A stretch of 64,000 nt of DNA, from assembly GCA_051362555.1 (NCBI GenBank), contig CM120642.1:1860001-1924000 (forward strand), read 5' to 3'. The notes below the pieces were generated by a model. That model saw only the letters and a program-made list of their open reading frames with translations, did no database searches and was not told the DNA's origin. A program made the translations under genes and the position numbers. Of this stretch, positions 63,955 to 64,000 are shown one piece after another. Each line of letters opens with the position of its first letter. Positions within the stretch are counted from its first letter, which is position 1. This stretch comes from Lingula anatina. Its lineage: Eukaryota > Animalia > Brachiopoda.

Positions 63955-64000
63955 ATGGCGACAGAGGCAGTAGAAGAGTACAGATCGTCACTGGCTGACC
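63955..64000 (+). CDS. PCF11: Pre-mRNA cleavage factor Pcf11, N-terminal fragment (truncated by window end)
   Basis: AAAGATGGCG start context. MATEAVEEYRSSLAD resembles the start of the Pcf11 CID domain (..DYQSSLEDLTFNSK in vertebrates). Only 15 codons are visible. Confidence 0.7.
   Translation, partial: MATEAVEEYRSSLAD

Overview
AT-rich, intron-rich animal genomic DNA (invertebrate, probably lophotrochozoan; this is inference from protein and intron style, not a taxonomic test). I assembled these genes by hand from GT-AG boundaries and reading-frame continuity: an unknown 97-aa single-exon ORF (-), DDC/AADC (+, 11 coding exons), SURF6 (-), CACYBP (+), a divergent Ro60/TROVE gene (-), V-ATPase subunit G (+), POLR1D (-), VAMP7 (+), an intronless GT10 alpha-1,3-fucosyltransferase-like gene with a degenerate donor-binding motif (+), RFC3 (-), RWDD2 (+), RAB30 (-) and the first codons of PCF11 (+). 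Ten of these genes form five head-to-head pairs. There are three non-autonomous DNA transposons with TIRs and TSDs, plus microsatellites. The most striking unexplained pattern is that tandem duplications repeatedly sit on exon-intron boundaries: seven cases in five housekeeping genes, creating arrays of duplicated splice sites. One duplicates the whole VAMP7 SNARE-core exon to five in-frame copies, with the zero-layer Arg changed to Gln in the four extra copies.
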